NCBI GenBank assembly: GCA_016180645.1
Contig: JACPAV010000020.1
Span: 62,001-118,817 of the forward strand
DNA: 56,817 bases
Source: Nitrospirota bacterium
GTDB taxonomy: Bacteria > JACPQY01
Direction of reading: 5' to 3'
The notes under the pieces are model-generated. The model was not told the DNA's origin and ran no database searches. It saw only the letters and a list, made by a program, of their open reading frames with translations. Positions 8,839-18,599 of the stretch are shown piece by piece. Both the position numbers and the translations under genes were made by a program. Within the stretch, counting starts at the first letter, position 1; each line of letters starts with the position of its first letter.

Positions 8839-9417
8839 ATGTTGACAGGAACAGTGCTCGCCGTCGAGGGCCAGGTGACGGCGGGAAGCGTGAAACAGCA
8901 GGACATCCTGCTCCGAGACGAAAAGGGGACCAAACGCCGGCTCCGGCTCGTGGGTACGAAGGCGTTCGGGAAGACACTGGAAGGCCAAACCATCAAGGCC
9001 GACGGGTTCAAGGTGGTGGAGGGCCGGATCCTGATGGGTCCGGGCGGAAAACTGACCCTGATCCACGGCGGGAAGGACAGCGTCGGGGCAAGCGCCAAGC
9101 CGGAGCAGCCGAAGGCTCCCGAGGCGCCGCGGCGATCCCCGCTGGAAAAGGCGTTCGAAGTGATGGACACCTGCACCGAAGAGGCCCGAAAACTCCTCGG
9201 GGAGATGCAGGTCACCACGGGGACGCTCGTATCCATGGGGATCACGATGGCGATCTACGCGTTCAAACACCGATCGAGCGGGAGGACCGCACAGGAGCTC
9301 ATGAAGGAATCCCTCGACAGGGCCAAGACCCTCGCCGCGAAGTACTCCCTGTGCGATGATGACGTCGTGAAGCTTGCGGACAGCGCCTTCGTGACGGTTA
9401 CGAGAAATCCCGGGTAG
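8839..9417 (+). CDS. Hypothetical protein (possible N-terminal OB-fold)
   Basis: AAGGAGGT RBS; beta-rich N-terminus. Confidence 0.7.
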   Translation: MLTGTVLAVEGQVTAGSVKQQDILLRDEKGTKRRLRLVGTKAFGKTLEGQTIKADGFKVVEGRILMGPGGKLTLIHGGKDSVGASAKPEQPKAPEAPRRSPLEKAFEVMDTCTEEARKLLGEMQVTTGTLVSMGITMAIYAFKHRSSGRTAQELMKESLDRAKTLAAKYSLCDDDVVKLADSAFVTVTRNPG

Positions 9418-9510
9418 GACGGGACTCGGGAAGAGACTCGTCCGGAGTGCGGGGACGCACGCCGGGGTCAGTCACATTTTGTGTTCGGTCCCATGGAAGG
9501 GGCCGGGCAC

Positions 9511-9657
9511 GCCCCGCACCAATCCTTGCGACCATCCATTCTTGGGCGAGGTGTGCAGCCGACCAGGCGGCTCTATGCTCTGCGAAGCGCTACGCATAGC
9601 AGAGTCGCCTTCCCACTGTCCGCTTGGGAAAGGTATTCGTCGGGATTGGTGCGGGGC
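9511..9657. mobile_element. MITE-like element C with 15-bp terminal inverted repeats GCCCCGCACCAATCC
   Basis: Near-identical inverted copy at 47242-47356; this copy has an extra palindrome at 9571-9604. Confidence 0.85.
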
Positions 9658-10305
9658 ACGCACCTTCCAAACGTGAGCCGGCGTCCCGTGGGAACCACTT
9701 CCTGTGGGACCGGTCGCAGGTTCTAGCCGGCGCGCTGGATGCGGCGAATCAGCATGAAAGCCCGGGCGATACAGATCAGATGCCAGGCCTGAAGGTACGA
9801 GGTCACTCCGTACACCACGAGCCAGGAAGCGAAGGGGAGATGGAGCGCCTTGCCGAAATAAAGCTTTGCGCCGAGGCCGGCGACGACGATGCAAAAGAGC
9901 GCCAGCATAGAGGAGAGAAGGTCGCCACCACGCGCGAGGACCAGTCGGCGGTCGGCGCGGGCGAGACGGGGCGGGACTCCCCACATCTGGAAGCCTGAGA
10001 GGATCAGCCGGTCGATCTGTTTACGCATGCCGAAAGTATACACCTTGGACGACGAGTCCGGCTTCCAAGCCTGGAAAAGGGCCTGTCCAGTGGCACGCGG
10101 GATACGCGATTCCCCCGCGTGAATCCCTCCCCCAGGGGAAAGGGAAAGGACGAGAGTCAGCCGCGCAGAAGATCACTCAATCCGTTGCACTCAAAGGGTC
10201 ACGTGAACGGCACAGGGAAGCATAGGACCGGCTCGAAAGGCGCACGTCTCACACTAAGCGGTGCAGAAGCCGAGGGACGTGGAGCGGTGGGAAGAAGGAG
10301 GACAA

Positions 10306-10680
10306 GTGGCTGAAAAGGTGAGTTCCGAAACGGAGGAGCCGGTACGCGTGAGGATTTACGACCTCGTGCAGGGACCCCTGTGCGTGTCGGCCCGAGACGG
10401 AGACCGGGTGTGCGATCGAATCATTCCCCTGCTTCGTCAGGGCCGGAAAGTCGTGCTCTCGTTCGATCAGATCGAAACGGTCATCGCGGCGTTCCTCAAT
10501 GCGGCGATCGGCCGACTCTATGGAGAGTTCCAGGGAGAGGACATCCGCAAGCTGCTCTCGGTCGAAGAGATGCAACCGGAGGACCTCCAGACGCTGAAAC
10601 TCGTCGTGGAGAACGCGAAGGCCTACTTCAAGCAGCGTGGGGCGTCAGCGGAGGCCGGGGATGTGCGTCTGCGGTCATGA
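10306..10680 (+). CDS. STAS-like (DUF4325-type) protein
   Basis: CVSARDG..VVLSFDQI...AFLNAAIGRLYG pattern; AAGGAGG RBS and GTG. Confidence 0.8.
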   Translation: MAEKVSSETEEPVRVRIYDLVQGPLCVSARDGDRVCDRIIPLLRQGRKVVLSFDQIETVIAAFLNAAIGRLYGEFQGEDIRKLLSVEEMQPEDLQTLKLVVENAKAYFKQRGASAEAGDVRLRS

Positions 10681-11005
10681 GCGGCATGAGCACGGACGGG
10701 AGGACCTGGTCTGCATGATCTGCCAGCCGGGAGAATGCGACGGCTACCGTCCGGACATGAGCCTGTACCCGGATCGGGGCGATCTCATCGAGAAGATGGC
10801 GACGGGGGGAATACAGGATGGCGGTCAGGCGGGGAGGAGAACACTCTATCTGTTGCAGCCAAAAGGTCACGCAAACGGGATGGGCCTGCCCGCGCCGTTG
10901 CGGCAGGCGGGGGAGGACCAGACCGCCTGGGAAGGCGCACGTCTGACACTAAGCGCTCCAGAAGCAGGGCGGCCCGGTCGTGTCCTGATTACACGGAAAA
11001 CGTGA
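10661..11005 (+). CDS. Small Cys/His-rich hypothetical protein
   Basis: CxCGH...H...C..C...C N-terminus; C-terminal half runs through a duplicated leader. Confidence 0.4.
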   Translation: MCVCGHERHEHGREDLVCMICQPGECDGYRPDMSLYPDRGDLIEKMATGGIQDGGQAGRRTLYLLQPKGHANGMGLPAPLRQAGEDQTAWEGARLTLSAPEAGRPGRVLITRKT

Positions 11006-11769
11006 AGCATATTGTCAGCTTTTCCGGTGGCGTCGGATCGTGGGCGGCGGCAAAGCGAGTTGCGGTGCAGTATGGGACGAAGGACCTTACCCTTCTGTTC
11101 GCTGACGTACTCATGGAGGACGAGGACCTTTACCGTTTCATTGCTGAGGCCGCCGGAAATGTCGGGGGCACACTCATCCGCTTGACGGAAGGTCGCGATC
11201 CATGGACGGTATTCTTCGATCAGCGTTTTCTGGGGAATAGCCGTGTAGATCCGTGTTCGAAGATTCTCAAGCGCAGAATGTTGGACAGGTGGCGCGATGC
11301 CCATGTCAACCCGGCGGAGGACATCTGCTACATCGGCATCGACTGGTCGGAGGCTCATCGCCTGGACAGATTGCGCAAACGCTGTGCGCCGTTTCGGTAT
11401 GAAGCACCCCTGTGTGAGGCACCGTATTTGACCAAAACGCAGATGCTGGACCTCTTGAAAATCGAAGGCATCAAACCGCCCCGGCTTTATGAGATGGGTT
11501 TTCCCCATAATAATTGCGGTGGGTTTTGCGTCAAGGCGGGTCAGGCGCAATTCCGGCGCCTCTTGACAGTGCTGCCGGAACGCTACGCTTTCCACGAGAA
11601 GCGCGAGCAGGAGATCAGAGCCTTTCTGCAGAAGAACGTGTCTATTCTCAGGGATCGACGCGGCGGAAAGTCCGAGCCGCTGACACTGAAGGATTTCCGG
11701 GAACGAGTCGAGCGAGACGCAGAAGTCGGCGACGCATTCGAGTCGGGCGGATTCGGGTGTGTGGGATGA
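11002..11769 (+). CDS. PAPS reductase-like (PP-loop) protein, phage type
   Basis: VSFSGGVGS, FADVLMEDEDLYRF and HNNCGGFCVKAG motifs. Confidence 0.85.
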   Translation: MKHIVSFSGGVGSWAAAKRVAVQYGTKDLTLLFADVLMEDEDLYRFIAEAAGNVGGTLIRLTEGRDPWTVFFDQRFLGNSRVDPCSKILKRRMLDRWRDAHVNPAEDICYIGIDWSEAHRLDRLRKRCAPFRYEAPLCEAPYLTKTQMLDLLKIEGIKPPRLYEMGFPHNNCGGFCVKAGQAQFRRLLTVLPERYAFHEKREQEIRAFLQKNVSILRDRRGGKSEPLTLKDFRERVERDAEVGDAFESGGFGCVG

Positions 11770-11832
11770 AATGCCATTTTGAGATTCGAACAGGACCGAG
11801 CGGCCCGGAGCGGTCGCCAAGAAGGAGGACCA

Positions 11833-12366
11833 GTGGCTGAAAAGGTGCTGACCAAAGGGGAGCTCGCAGCCGTGATCCCATTTGAAGAAATGGACAGCGC
11901 ATTCACCGTCTTCAAGACCATGGATGAAAAGGGTCTCTTCGGGGTACCGGTCATTTTCGACCAGGACGAACAGCGGCTGAGTATCTACCGGGCCACGGCG
12001 GAAGCACCCGACGCCGGCTCAAGGGGAACGGGCTTGGCATCCCCGGCCAAGCCGGTCGGCAGCTACCTGGCCAAGATCTCCACGCGGGATATCGTCGAAA
12101 AGGTCCGCCGGCGAATGGAGGAGGGCGGGCATTTCGTGTTCGATGTCCCGATCGGGGAACTCGGCCGGTGCATGGACGGGTTCGCTTTCCTGATGCCGAA
12201 AGAGGGCCGCTACTTCCGGTTCGGAATCCGGCCGATGGACATGGAGTTCCACGTCGTCGGGGTCCAGGGCCAGGAAATCCAGCCGAGCGATCGGTCCTGG
12301 TGGCAGGACGTGTCCAGCGACCCCTTCGGAAAGCTTGACCACCTGCGCCGGCCGAAGGCGGCGTAG
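11833..12366 (+). CDS. Hypothetical protein
   Basis: AAGGAGG RBS and GTG; start region shared with 10306. Confidence 0.7.
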   Translation: MAEKVLTKGELAAVIPFEEMDSAFTVFKTMDEKGLFGVPVIFDQDEQRLSIYRATAEAPDAGSRGTGLASPAKPVGSYLAKISTRDIVEKVRRRMEEGGHFVFDVPIGELGRCMDGFAFLMPKEGRYFRFGIRPMDMEFHVVGVQGQEIQPSDRSWWQDVSSDPFGKLDHLRRPKAA

Positions 12367-12382
12367 GAAGAGGGGGGATCGG

Positions 12383-13750
12383 ATGCCGTCCCCTCCGCTT
12401 CGCTCCACGGACGACGACATGAAGAATCATAGGGTCCTTGCGTCGCGCCGGGCGTTCATCCCACCACCTGCAACAGGCGCGGATGCGCCTCGTTCCGAGG
12501 CGGTTGCAGGTGGTGGGATCATTCGCGGGAGCAACAGCCGGCTCGAACGGTACGATGACTGCCCGAGCTGGTTCAAGATGCAGTACCTGGACAAGATCCC
12601 GGCGCCCACAGTGACCCCGCTCGTCGTCGGCATCGAGTTCCACGCGTTCGCGGAGACCTACGTCAGGCACTGCATTGAAGCGGGCGTGGAATCGGACTTC
12701 GATTGGGGAACGGCCAAGGCCCTCGAGTTCGGCAGGAACCTCCACGAGGATGAAGCGGAGGACGCAGCCCGGATCATCGGGCGATTCATCCGGGACTACC
12801 GGGTCGAAAACCCGGCGGACCACGTCGGCGTGGAGCTGGGAGCAGCCTTCGACCGGGACTGGTGCGAGGTGCCGTGGGACGACCGGCGAAAGGTGTACTT
12901 CCGATTCAGACTGGACCACGTCCTTTGGGAACGGACGGTGGGGGGCGACGAGATGGAGGGGGAAGACAGCGGAAGCCGAACGCTTGTGATCGAAGATTTC
13001 AAAAGCGACCGGGTCATCGAACGCCATCAGACGGTCGGGAGTTCCAAACAGCTGAAGAGGTACGCGCTGGCCGCGGCGCTCATGTGGCCGGAGAGCATCG
13101 GCCCGGAAATCCGGGTCCGGCTCTTCTACGCGCGGTTCGGGGCGCGGCGCCAGGCCGTGATCCCGGCGGCCGAGCTCCCCTCCATCCGCGATGAAATCGA
13201 CGCCCGCATGGCGGAGATCCAGGCCGAGCGCAAATGGGAGCCCAAGGCGGGAGCCCACTGCGCGTTCTGCTCGTACCCGACGCGGTGCAAACTCTTCGGC
13301 GAAATCTGGGGGTGGGGACCGCTCGCCCTCGGGACGAGGGGGGACGCGGAAGACGCCGCGAGGCAGCTCATGTTCATCCGAGGACTCGAAAAATCCTACA
13401 CGGAGCGGCTGAGGGCCTGGGCCGGCGCCAACGGAGACATGGACCTCGGAGACGGGTCGCATCTGGGGCTCGTTCCGATCAACAAGGTGGTCCTCAATGA
13501 AAGCGACAAGGTGGTCGAGGTCCTGAAAGGCCTCGGCGTCGGCGAAGAAGGCTGCCGGAAGGCCCTCAAGAGCACGCAGGCCGGGATCGAAGCGGCCCTC
13601 CGAACCCTCGGCCGGGGCAAGGCAAAGGATCTCCTGCCGGAGGTCCTGGAAAAGGCCGGGACGAAAGATACGCAGATCCGGTTCCAACGGTACAAGGATC
13701 CGGAGGCCGAGGCGAAGGCGGCAGCTGCCGCGGAGGGGGAGGCCGCATGA
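12383..13750 (+). CDS. PD-(D/E)XK RecB-like nuclease with a 4-Cys cluster
   Basis: SRLERYDDCP, G.EFH, RLD, EDFKS, QLKRYA and CAFCSYPTRC motifs; N-terminus built from repeats B and E. Confidence 0.85.
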   Translation: MPSPPLRSTDDDMKNHRVLASRRAFIPPPATGADAPRSEAVAGGGIIRGSNSRLERYDDCPSWFKMQYLDKIPAPTVTPLVVGIEFHAFAETYVRHCIEAGVESDFDWGTAKALEFGRNLHEDEAEDAARIIGRFIRDYRVENPADHVGVELGAAFDRDWCEVPWDDRRKVYFRFRLDHVLWERTVGGDEMEGEDSGSRTLVIEDFKSDRVIERHQTVGSSKQLKRYALAAALMWPESIGPEIRVRLFYARFGARRQAVIPAAELPSIRDEIDARMAEIQAERKWEPKAGAHCAFCSYPTRCKLFGEIWGWGPLALGTRGDAEDAARQLMFIRGLEKSYTERLRAWAGANGDMDLGDGSHLGLVPINKVVLNESDKVVEVLKGLGVGEEGCRKALKSTQAGIEAALRTLGRGKAKDLLPEVLEKAGTKDTQIRFQRYKDPEAEAKAAAAAEGEAA

Positions 13751-13913
13751 TCCCACCACCTGAAACCGACCCGGAACGGGTCCGCCGCAGGCGGATTCCG
13801 CGCCCCTTTCAAGTGGTGGGATGACGGGGGGTCATTTCGGCCCACGCGCGTAGCCACGCCGGCGCGTCAGGGAACTGCATCCATTGCAGTAAACGGGTCA
13901 GACGCACGAAAGG

Positions 13914-13962
13914 GCCCTTCGGCAAGCTCAGGACCTCATAAGGCCCTGAGTCAATCGAAGGG
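13914..13962. repeat. REP-like palindrome CCCTTCG(G/A)CAAGCTCAGG...CCTGAG..TCGAAGGG (family D)
   Basis: Related copy at 55736-55790, in-frame in the RCC1 gene (ALRQAQGERDPVRAEPVEA). Confidence 0.7.
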
Positions 13963-14001
13963 TGAAGCGATGACACAGGTGAAATTGCAAATCAGGAGTC
14001 T

Positions 14002-14146
14002 CCAGTAGATTCACGGCGGCGGGCGGCGTGTCAGCGCCGGGGTATTGACGACGGTCCCTTCGGGGGCGCCCGTGAGCGCGTTCTGAACAGCGCGATTGGA
14101 ATGGAGCCGGGTGGGGAATCCGGCCCCGCCGCGTGAATCTGCTTGG
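14002..14146 (+). ncRNA. Candidate small multi-stem structured RNA
   Basis: Closing helix 14004-14015/14132-14143 enclosing four hairpins, including a TTCG loop. Confidence 0.45.
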
Positions 14147-14183
14147 CGGTGTGGTTGACGGGCAGGGGACGGGGTGATAAGTT

Positions 14184-14306
14184 ATGAACATGGATACTGC
14201 ATCGCTGGCAATGAGTGTATTCTTTCTGATCGTGCTCGGCTTCTGCGGCTTTGCGGTCGTTATGGGCCGCCAGTACGAGCGCCAGCAGAAGCAGCGGCTT
14301 CAGTAG
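14184..14306 (+). CDS. Small single-pass membrane peptide
   Basis: MNMDTASLAMSVFFLIVLGFCGFAVVMGRQYERQQKQRLQ, translated by hand. Confidence 0.4.
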   Translation: MNMDTASLAMSVFFLIVLGFCGFAVVMGRQYERQQKQRLQ

Positions 14307-14394
14307 TCGTCAGGCCGCAAATTCTCGTTCGCGCTTCCCCCTCCCGGTCTTGTTCTCCTCGGACGCCTCAGATTGAAAGGGCAACGCTCGTAAA

Positions 14395-14835
14395 ATGAGG
14401 GTACGCGACACCAAGGTACAGCACCCATTTGGTGAAGAGGAGACTCAGTGCCCTTCCTGTCGTCAGAGGCCTGAAATTGTCTCGTGCGGAACGGTCGTGC
14501 TTGCCGAGTCAGGCAAGACGGTGTGGACGGCGTTTTATGAATGTCCGTCCGGGCACCGGTGGACACCGCACATGGTGATCATCCAGCTGGAGAGTGGCCG
14601 TAAGCCGCGCGGGGACGTGAGCGAAACAGGTTGCCTGAGGCTGGATTGGTATCAGCGACCAGATGGGCGCTGGAACGCCGATTGTCAGTGTGGATCGACA
14701 CTCGCGGGATTTCTGCTGGATTCGCGGGCCGGGGCCGAGAAGGATCACATGACAGACATGGAGAAAGAGCGGGAAAACCGTCCCCATGATCATCCTGCTT
14801 GCGGTCGGACCAAGGCGACGAAAAGGAGAACATGA
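14395..14835 (+). CDS. Zn-ribbon hypothetical protein
   Basis: CPSC...CPSGH motifs. Confidence 0.55.
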   Translation: MRVRDTKVQHPFGEEETQCPSCRQRPEIVSCGTVVLAESGKTVWTAFYECPSGHRWTPHMVIIQLESGRKPRGDVSETGCLRLDWYQRPDGRWNADCQCGSTLAGFLLDSRAGAEKDHMTDMEKERENRPHDHPACGRTKATKRRT

Positions 14836-15074
14836 CCCCTGACCAACTGAAGGCCATCCGAGTGAAAGCGATGCGGCATGAGCCCGTTCAAGAAAAGGAC
14901 GTCATCGCGCTCTGCGACGCCCTTGAATCGGCGTGGCTAGAGCGGGATAAACTCATCGAGGAAGAGACCGAAGGGAATGACCGGCCGATCGAGGAGCTGC
15001 TTGATGCCTTGCTGAGATGCGACCGGCCGGAGGATCGGGCGGCTCTTGGATGTCGCCTGCCGTTAAGGGCCTGA
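14832..15074 (+). CDS. Hypothetical protein
   Basis: AAGGAG RBS; ATGA coupling. Confidence 0.6.
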   Translation: MTPDQLKAIRVKAMRHEPVQEKDVIALCDALESAWLERDKLIEEETEGNDRPIEELLDALLRCDRPEDRAALGCRLPLRA

Positions 15075-15301
15075 TGGACCAGCACGAAATTCAACGTCAT
15101 GTGTGCATCCGACCCGACGGCGTGATCGAGTACCAGTCGATTCTTGATCGCGGGACATGGACGGAAGACGAGAAGGACCGAATCCTCACGCTGGTGGAGG
15201 ATTACATCATGAACGATGAGGGTGCCGAGACCATAGACTGGCCTGGGGTGTGGCGGGAATACGAGAGCGGGGCCTGTGGCGCAAATGGAGGAAATACATG
15301 A
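15074..15301 (+). CDS. Hypothetical protein
   Basis: TGATG coupling. Confidence 0.6.
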   Translation: MDQHEIQRHVCIRPDGVIEYQSILDRGTWTEDEKDRILTLVEDYIMNDEGAETIDWPGVWREYESGACGANGGNT

Positions 15302-15561
15302 AGCAACACAAGGCGGTAAAGGTGCTGAGTCTGCTGCTCAAGGGGCGCAGCGTCGAGAGCGGTGGACGTACGTGGGCGATGGGCGAGGACCACAGCCTGG
15401 GAGTCATCGGCAAAGACATGACCACCGGAGAGGAATGCGTCCTGCGGGTCGATCTCAACATCAGGGGATTCGTTGAGCTATGCGAAACGATTCCGGACGA
15501 CAAGCTATTTGTCATGGGGGCCGAGCAGGTTCTGACGGAGCTTCATGCAGGCCGGAGGTAA
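15298..15561 (+). CDS. Hypothetical protein
   Basis: GGAGG RBS; ATGA coupling. Confidence 0.65.
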   Translation: MKQHKAVKVLSLLLKGRSVESGGRTWAMGEDHSLGVIGKDMTTGEECVLRVDLNIRGFVELCETIPDDKLFVMGAEQVLTELHAGRR

Positions 15562-15910
15562 ACCTGGGGCCGCCCGGAGCACACGACCTGGAGGGGGAAG
15601 AAAGGACGGCGGGGAAAGGGTGGTTCTATGCCGTTACCATCCAAGGCGCAAGGCGGTGAAACGCGCTATCAGGTGGGTGGAGACGAGTTCGGTGCATGCC
15701 TACCCGATGGATCTGGGTCCAAGATGCCGTGAATGCGTGAGCCGAGCGGAGAGAGAGAAGCCGTGGCTCGTTATCGACTATCGCCATCTGAAGGAGCCAA
15801 TGCCAAGGGCCTACTGATCACGGTCAGGAGGGGGACCTGGTGAGGACGGGATGGCGCGGCCGAGCGAGGCCGTGGGAAAGCACCATACAAGTACTACGAA
15901 AGGAGAACCC

Positions 15911-16120
15911 ATGGGTTCCTGGGAAGAGACGGGGAAAGACATCGGAAGGGAGGCCGTGCGGGGAGCGGGAGTCTTCGTGACGGTGAACGTGCCGGCCCTC
16001 CTGGGAAAGCTATTCAAGAGACTGGGACGGAAAGTGGAAGGGCGAGAGCCCGTACGAGGAAAGCCCCCAGCCCCGGCCGACCCAAGGCCTCCGGGAGGAG
16101 AGCCACGCTTCCTGGCGTAG
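15911..16120 (+). CDS. Small hypothetical protein
   Basis: AAGGAG RBS and ATG. Confidence 0.5.
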   Translation: MGSWEETGKDIGREAVRGAGVFVTVNVPALLGKLFKRLGRKVEGREPVRGKPPAPADPRPPGGEPRFLA

Positions 16121-16137
16121 ACCGAGAAAGGAATTCA

Positions 16138-16632
16138 CTGGTCGTCTGCACGATCAGTGTACCCGCGAGGGAGTCGGGAGGGTTCGATCGGGAGTCCGCG
16201 GTTCGGAGGGGCATTCGTTCACAGATGGCCCAAACCATGGTCTCGATGACCATCTCGAAGGGGATCACGGGATTGGGACTCGGCCCGGAAACCGATTTTG
16301 CGGAGCTGTGCATGGAGATGAAGGTCCCGTTCGTCGCGGCCATCGCTTACGATGGATGGGAGAGAGACTGGCCGGAAGAATCGCGCAAGCACTACTGGGA
16401 CCTCCTGGAGAAAGCGGAGGACGTGGTCTTCGTCTGCGGGCGAGGCTACGGACCGTGGAAGATCCCCCAACGAAATAAGTGGATCATCGGGCAGGCGGAA
16501 GCTCTGATCGCCGTCTGGAATGAAAGAGCCGGACTCGTGGGGGAGTGTGTGAAAGCCGCGGTGGGAAATGGGCTGCGGGTGAAAATCATCGATCCAAGAT
16601 GGTACGGCCGCGAGGGCCAACAAGCGGCATGA
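16138..16632 (+). CDS. SLOG family (YspA/DUF1273-like) protein; probable CTG start
   Basis: GITGLGLG.ETDFAE, W.EESR..Y..LL, RNKWII and LIAVWN motifs; first ATG is at 16225. Confidence 0.75.
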   Translation: MVVCTISVPARESGGFDRESAVRRGIRSQMAQTMVSMTISKGITGLGLGPETDFAELCMEMKVPFVAAIAYDGWERDWPEESRKHYWDLLEKAEDVVFVCGRGYGPWKIPQRNKWIIGQAEALIAVWNERAGLVGECVKAAVGNGLRVKIIDPRWYGREGQQAA

Positions 16633-17171
16633 TCCCCCCACATGAATCCGACGCGAAAAATGGGGCCGGCTCGGCCGTTTCAGGTGGTGCGATCAACGGG
16701 GGTGAAGCTTCCCGGGACGCGCGCCGCCCGGTTCTGTATGAGCTGTTGGTGGAAGTCGAGTCACGCCTGTCGTCGGTCTTCAGACGGCGAGGATACCTGA
16801 AGCCGGAGGACTGCGCGCAGAAGGCGGCCGGGGTCCTCGTGCTGATAGCGCAGTACGGAGCGGGGGATGCGCTGGGGGGATCGCTCTTAATGCGGTTCAA
16901 TCCGAGCAACATCCCGACACTTTGGGTCTGGCTCCGGGGAAGAAAACAAGGACTTGTGAAAGACGTGCCTCAATCCATCGATGGGATGCTCAAGTGTCTT
17001 CGCTGGAGAACCGGCGACATGGAGGTGGACTATGTGATCGAGGAACTGGAAAAACTTTCAGCCTCAGGCGGGACGTACAAGGTGTTCGAGACCGAGGGCT
17101 GGGGGCCACTGACGGAGTATCTGCGAGAACACATTCTCGGGGCATTCAGCTGGGATGAACCGCTGTTGTGA
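16629..17171 (+). CDS. Hypothetical protein
   Basis: ATGA coupling; N-terminus includes a degenerate repeat E. Confidence 0.6.
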   Translation: MIPPHESDAKNGAGSAVSGGAINGGEASRDARRPVLYELLVEVESRLSSVFRRRGYLKPEDCAQKAAGVLVLIAQYGAGDALGGSLLMRFNPSNIPTLWVWLRGRKQGLVKDVPQSIDGMLKCLRWRTGDMEVDYVIEELEKLSASGGTYKVFETEGWGPLTEYLREHILGAFSWDEPLL

Positions 17172-17186
17172 GACGCGAAGGCTCGC

Positions 17187-17450
17187 GTGGCGATCAAGAC
17201 AGAAGGAGCGGAGGCGATGATCCTGGAGTTCTCACAAAATGGGTACATCCGCAGAGAGTTTGAAATCACGGACACGCCCTCCGCACGGGAGCTGGTGAAC
17301 ACCCTGAACCACAAGACCCTGGGGCGGGGCGGGTGGTACTGGCGTTCCTATCGACATTCGCCGTGGGATGGATCGAGTGAATGGACCATGAGAGACATCG
17401 CGGGTTGCGTCAGGAAAGAGGCCCCTCGGGGCGACAGGAGGTTCGATTGA
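17187..17450 (+). CDS. Hypothetical protein
   Basis: Operon position and RBS. Confidence 0.55.
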   Translation: MAIKTEGAEAMILEFSQNGYIRREFEITDTPSARELVNTLNHKTLGRGGWYWRSYRHSPWDGSSEWTMRDIAGCVRKEAPRGDRRFD

Positions 17451-17860
17451 GCACCACGGAGTCCAAGACACCAGAGACGGGCGCGGACAAGGAAGCCATG
17501 CAACACCAGTGCGAGAATTGCGATCGATTGCTGTCGGACAGGCAGGTGGTCCCTCCCGTTGGGATCCGGGACTATTTCGACCGGGTTTCACCGGGCGAGA
17601 TCTCCCCGTCCGGCGAGTGCATGGCGTGCGGGGCGCTCACCCATCTCACGGAGCCGGTCGGCCCCGTAAAGACTCTGGTGGATGCCGCACGGTGGGCGGA
17701 GGACCGCCTGGCCTCGCTGGTTGACTCGACGTCGCCCGAGAACTACGCGAGCGATTCAGAAGCGTATGAGAATGATGTGAAGGCTCTTGGCAAGCTGCGA
17801 TGCGCGCTCCGGCAGTTCGAGAAACAGACAGGGGACACCCCATGCCCACCATCGTCCTAA
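17447..17860 (+). CDS. Zn-ribbon protein, paralog of 20845-21234
   Basis: HQCENC...GEISPSGECMACGALTHL. Confidence 0.7.
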   Translation: MSTTESKTPETGADKEAMQHQCENCDRLLSDRQVVPPVGIRDYFDRVSPGEISPSGECMACGALTHLTEPVGPVKTLVDAARWAEDRLASLVDSTSPENYASDSEAYENDVKALGKLRCALRQFEKQTGDTPCPPSS

Positions 17861-18351
17861 GGACTACGTCCACCGACGAACACTTCAACGGCGACTGCGA
17901 CTACGGCGCGGTTGAAATGGCCACACCCCTCGTGACCCTGTGCCTGCGCAGGATCGGGAGGCTCCGCAAAGCCAAGAAGGGTGATCCCGATCTGTTCGAA
18001 ATGTACTATTGGGATCAGAGCGTCGTGTTCTTCTCGTGGAGCGATGACCTTATTGAACGCGAGGACACAGAGTTTGAGGACGAGGTGGACAGGGTGCTGG
18101 CGGATCAGGGAGTGTACGTGTCGAGGACCCGCATCCAGATCCCGGAGCAGCACATCCAGCGGGTCGAGTGCGTGCAGATGGTGGTACGCGATGACGCGGT
18201 GGCGTGGACGGCCATCCCGAAACACTCGGACGTGTACGTTACGACCCACGAAATCAGCGTGCAGCAGCTCCGCGAGATGGCGGCCGCAGGGGGGAGCGTG
18301 GCCGAGGCCCAGGGGCGAAGTTCGGGCACGGCCGCGGCGGAGGTGCGATGA
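17842..18351 (+). CDS. Hypothetical protein
   Basis: Acidic protein-like ORF, coupled to neighbours. Confidence 0.7.
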   Translation: MPTIVLRTTSTDEHFNGDCDYGAVEMATPLVTLCLRRIGRLRKAKKGDPDLFEMYYWDQSVVFFSWSDDLIEREDTEFEDEVDRVLADQGVYVSRTRIQIPEQHIQRVECVQMVVRDDAVAWTAIPKHSDVYVTTHEISVQQLREMAAAGGSVAEAQGRSSGTAAAEVR

Positions 18352-18599
18352 AGCTCGTATTCGCGGATCGAGACTCGAAGCTCTGGAACGAGGCGTGGGC
18401 CTCCCTGGGGGCCACGTCGGAACCGAACCCGGAATCGGGGGAGGACTGGCAGTACATGGGGACAGCCGAAGCGGAAGACGGACATTGGTACCATGAGTTT
18501 CGGCACCGTGACCATCCCGTGACGGGGACGAGGGAGTATCGGCGATATCGCTCGTTCTATCCGGAGTTGGCGGCAAGCCTCACGCCGGTGGGGGCGTGA
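18348..18599 (+). CDS. Hypothetical protein (WQYMGT...HEFRHRDHP)
   Basis: GGAGGTG RBS; recognisable mobile-element hypothetical motif. Confidence 0.7.
   Translation: MKLVFADRDSKLWNEAWASLGATSEPNPESGEDWQYMGTAEAEDGHWYHEFRHRDHPVTGTREYRRYRSFYPELAASLTPVGA

Noticed and set aside
9472-10043. Minus-strand ORFs 9472-9984 and 9723-10043
   Set aside because: The first is largely MITE C sequence; the second is hydrophobic but lacks support and opposes the block, so it is left uncalled
12383-13750. Cas4 / CRISPR system
   Set aside because: RecB-like nuclease with a Cys cluster but no array or other cas genes; common stand-alone gene in mobile elements
11951-13759. 602-aa minus-strand ORF (likewise 48015-49586, 24227-25381, 26020-27057)
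   Set aside because: Antisense shadows of well-supported + strand genes in high-GC DNA
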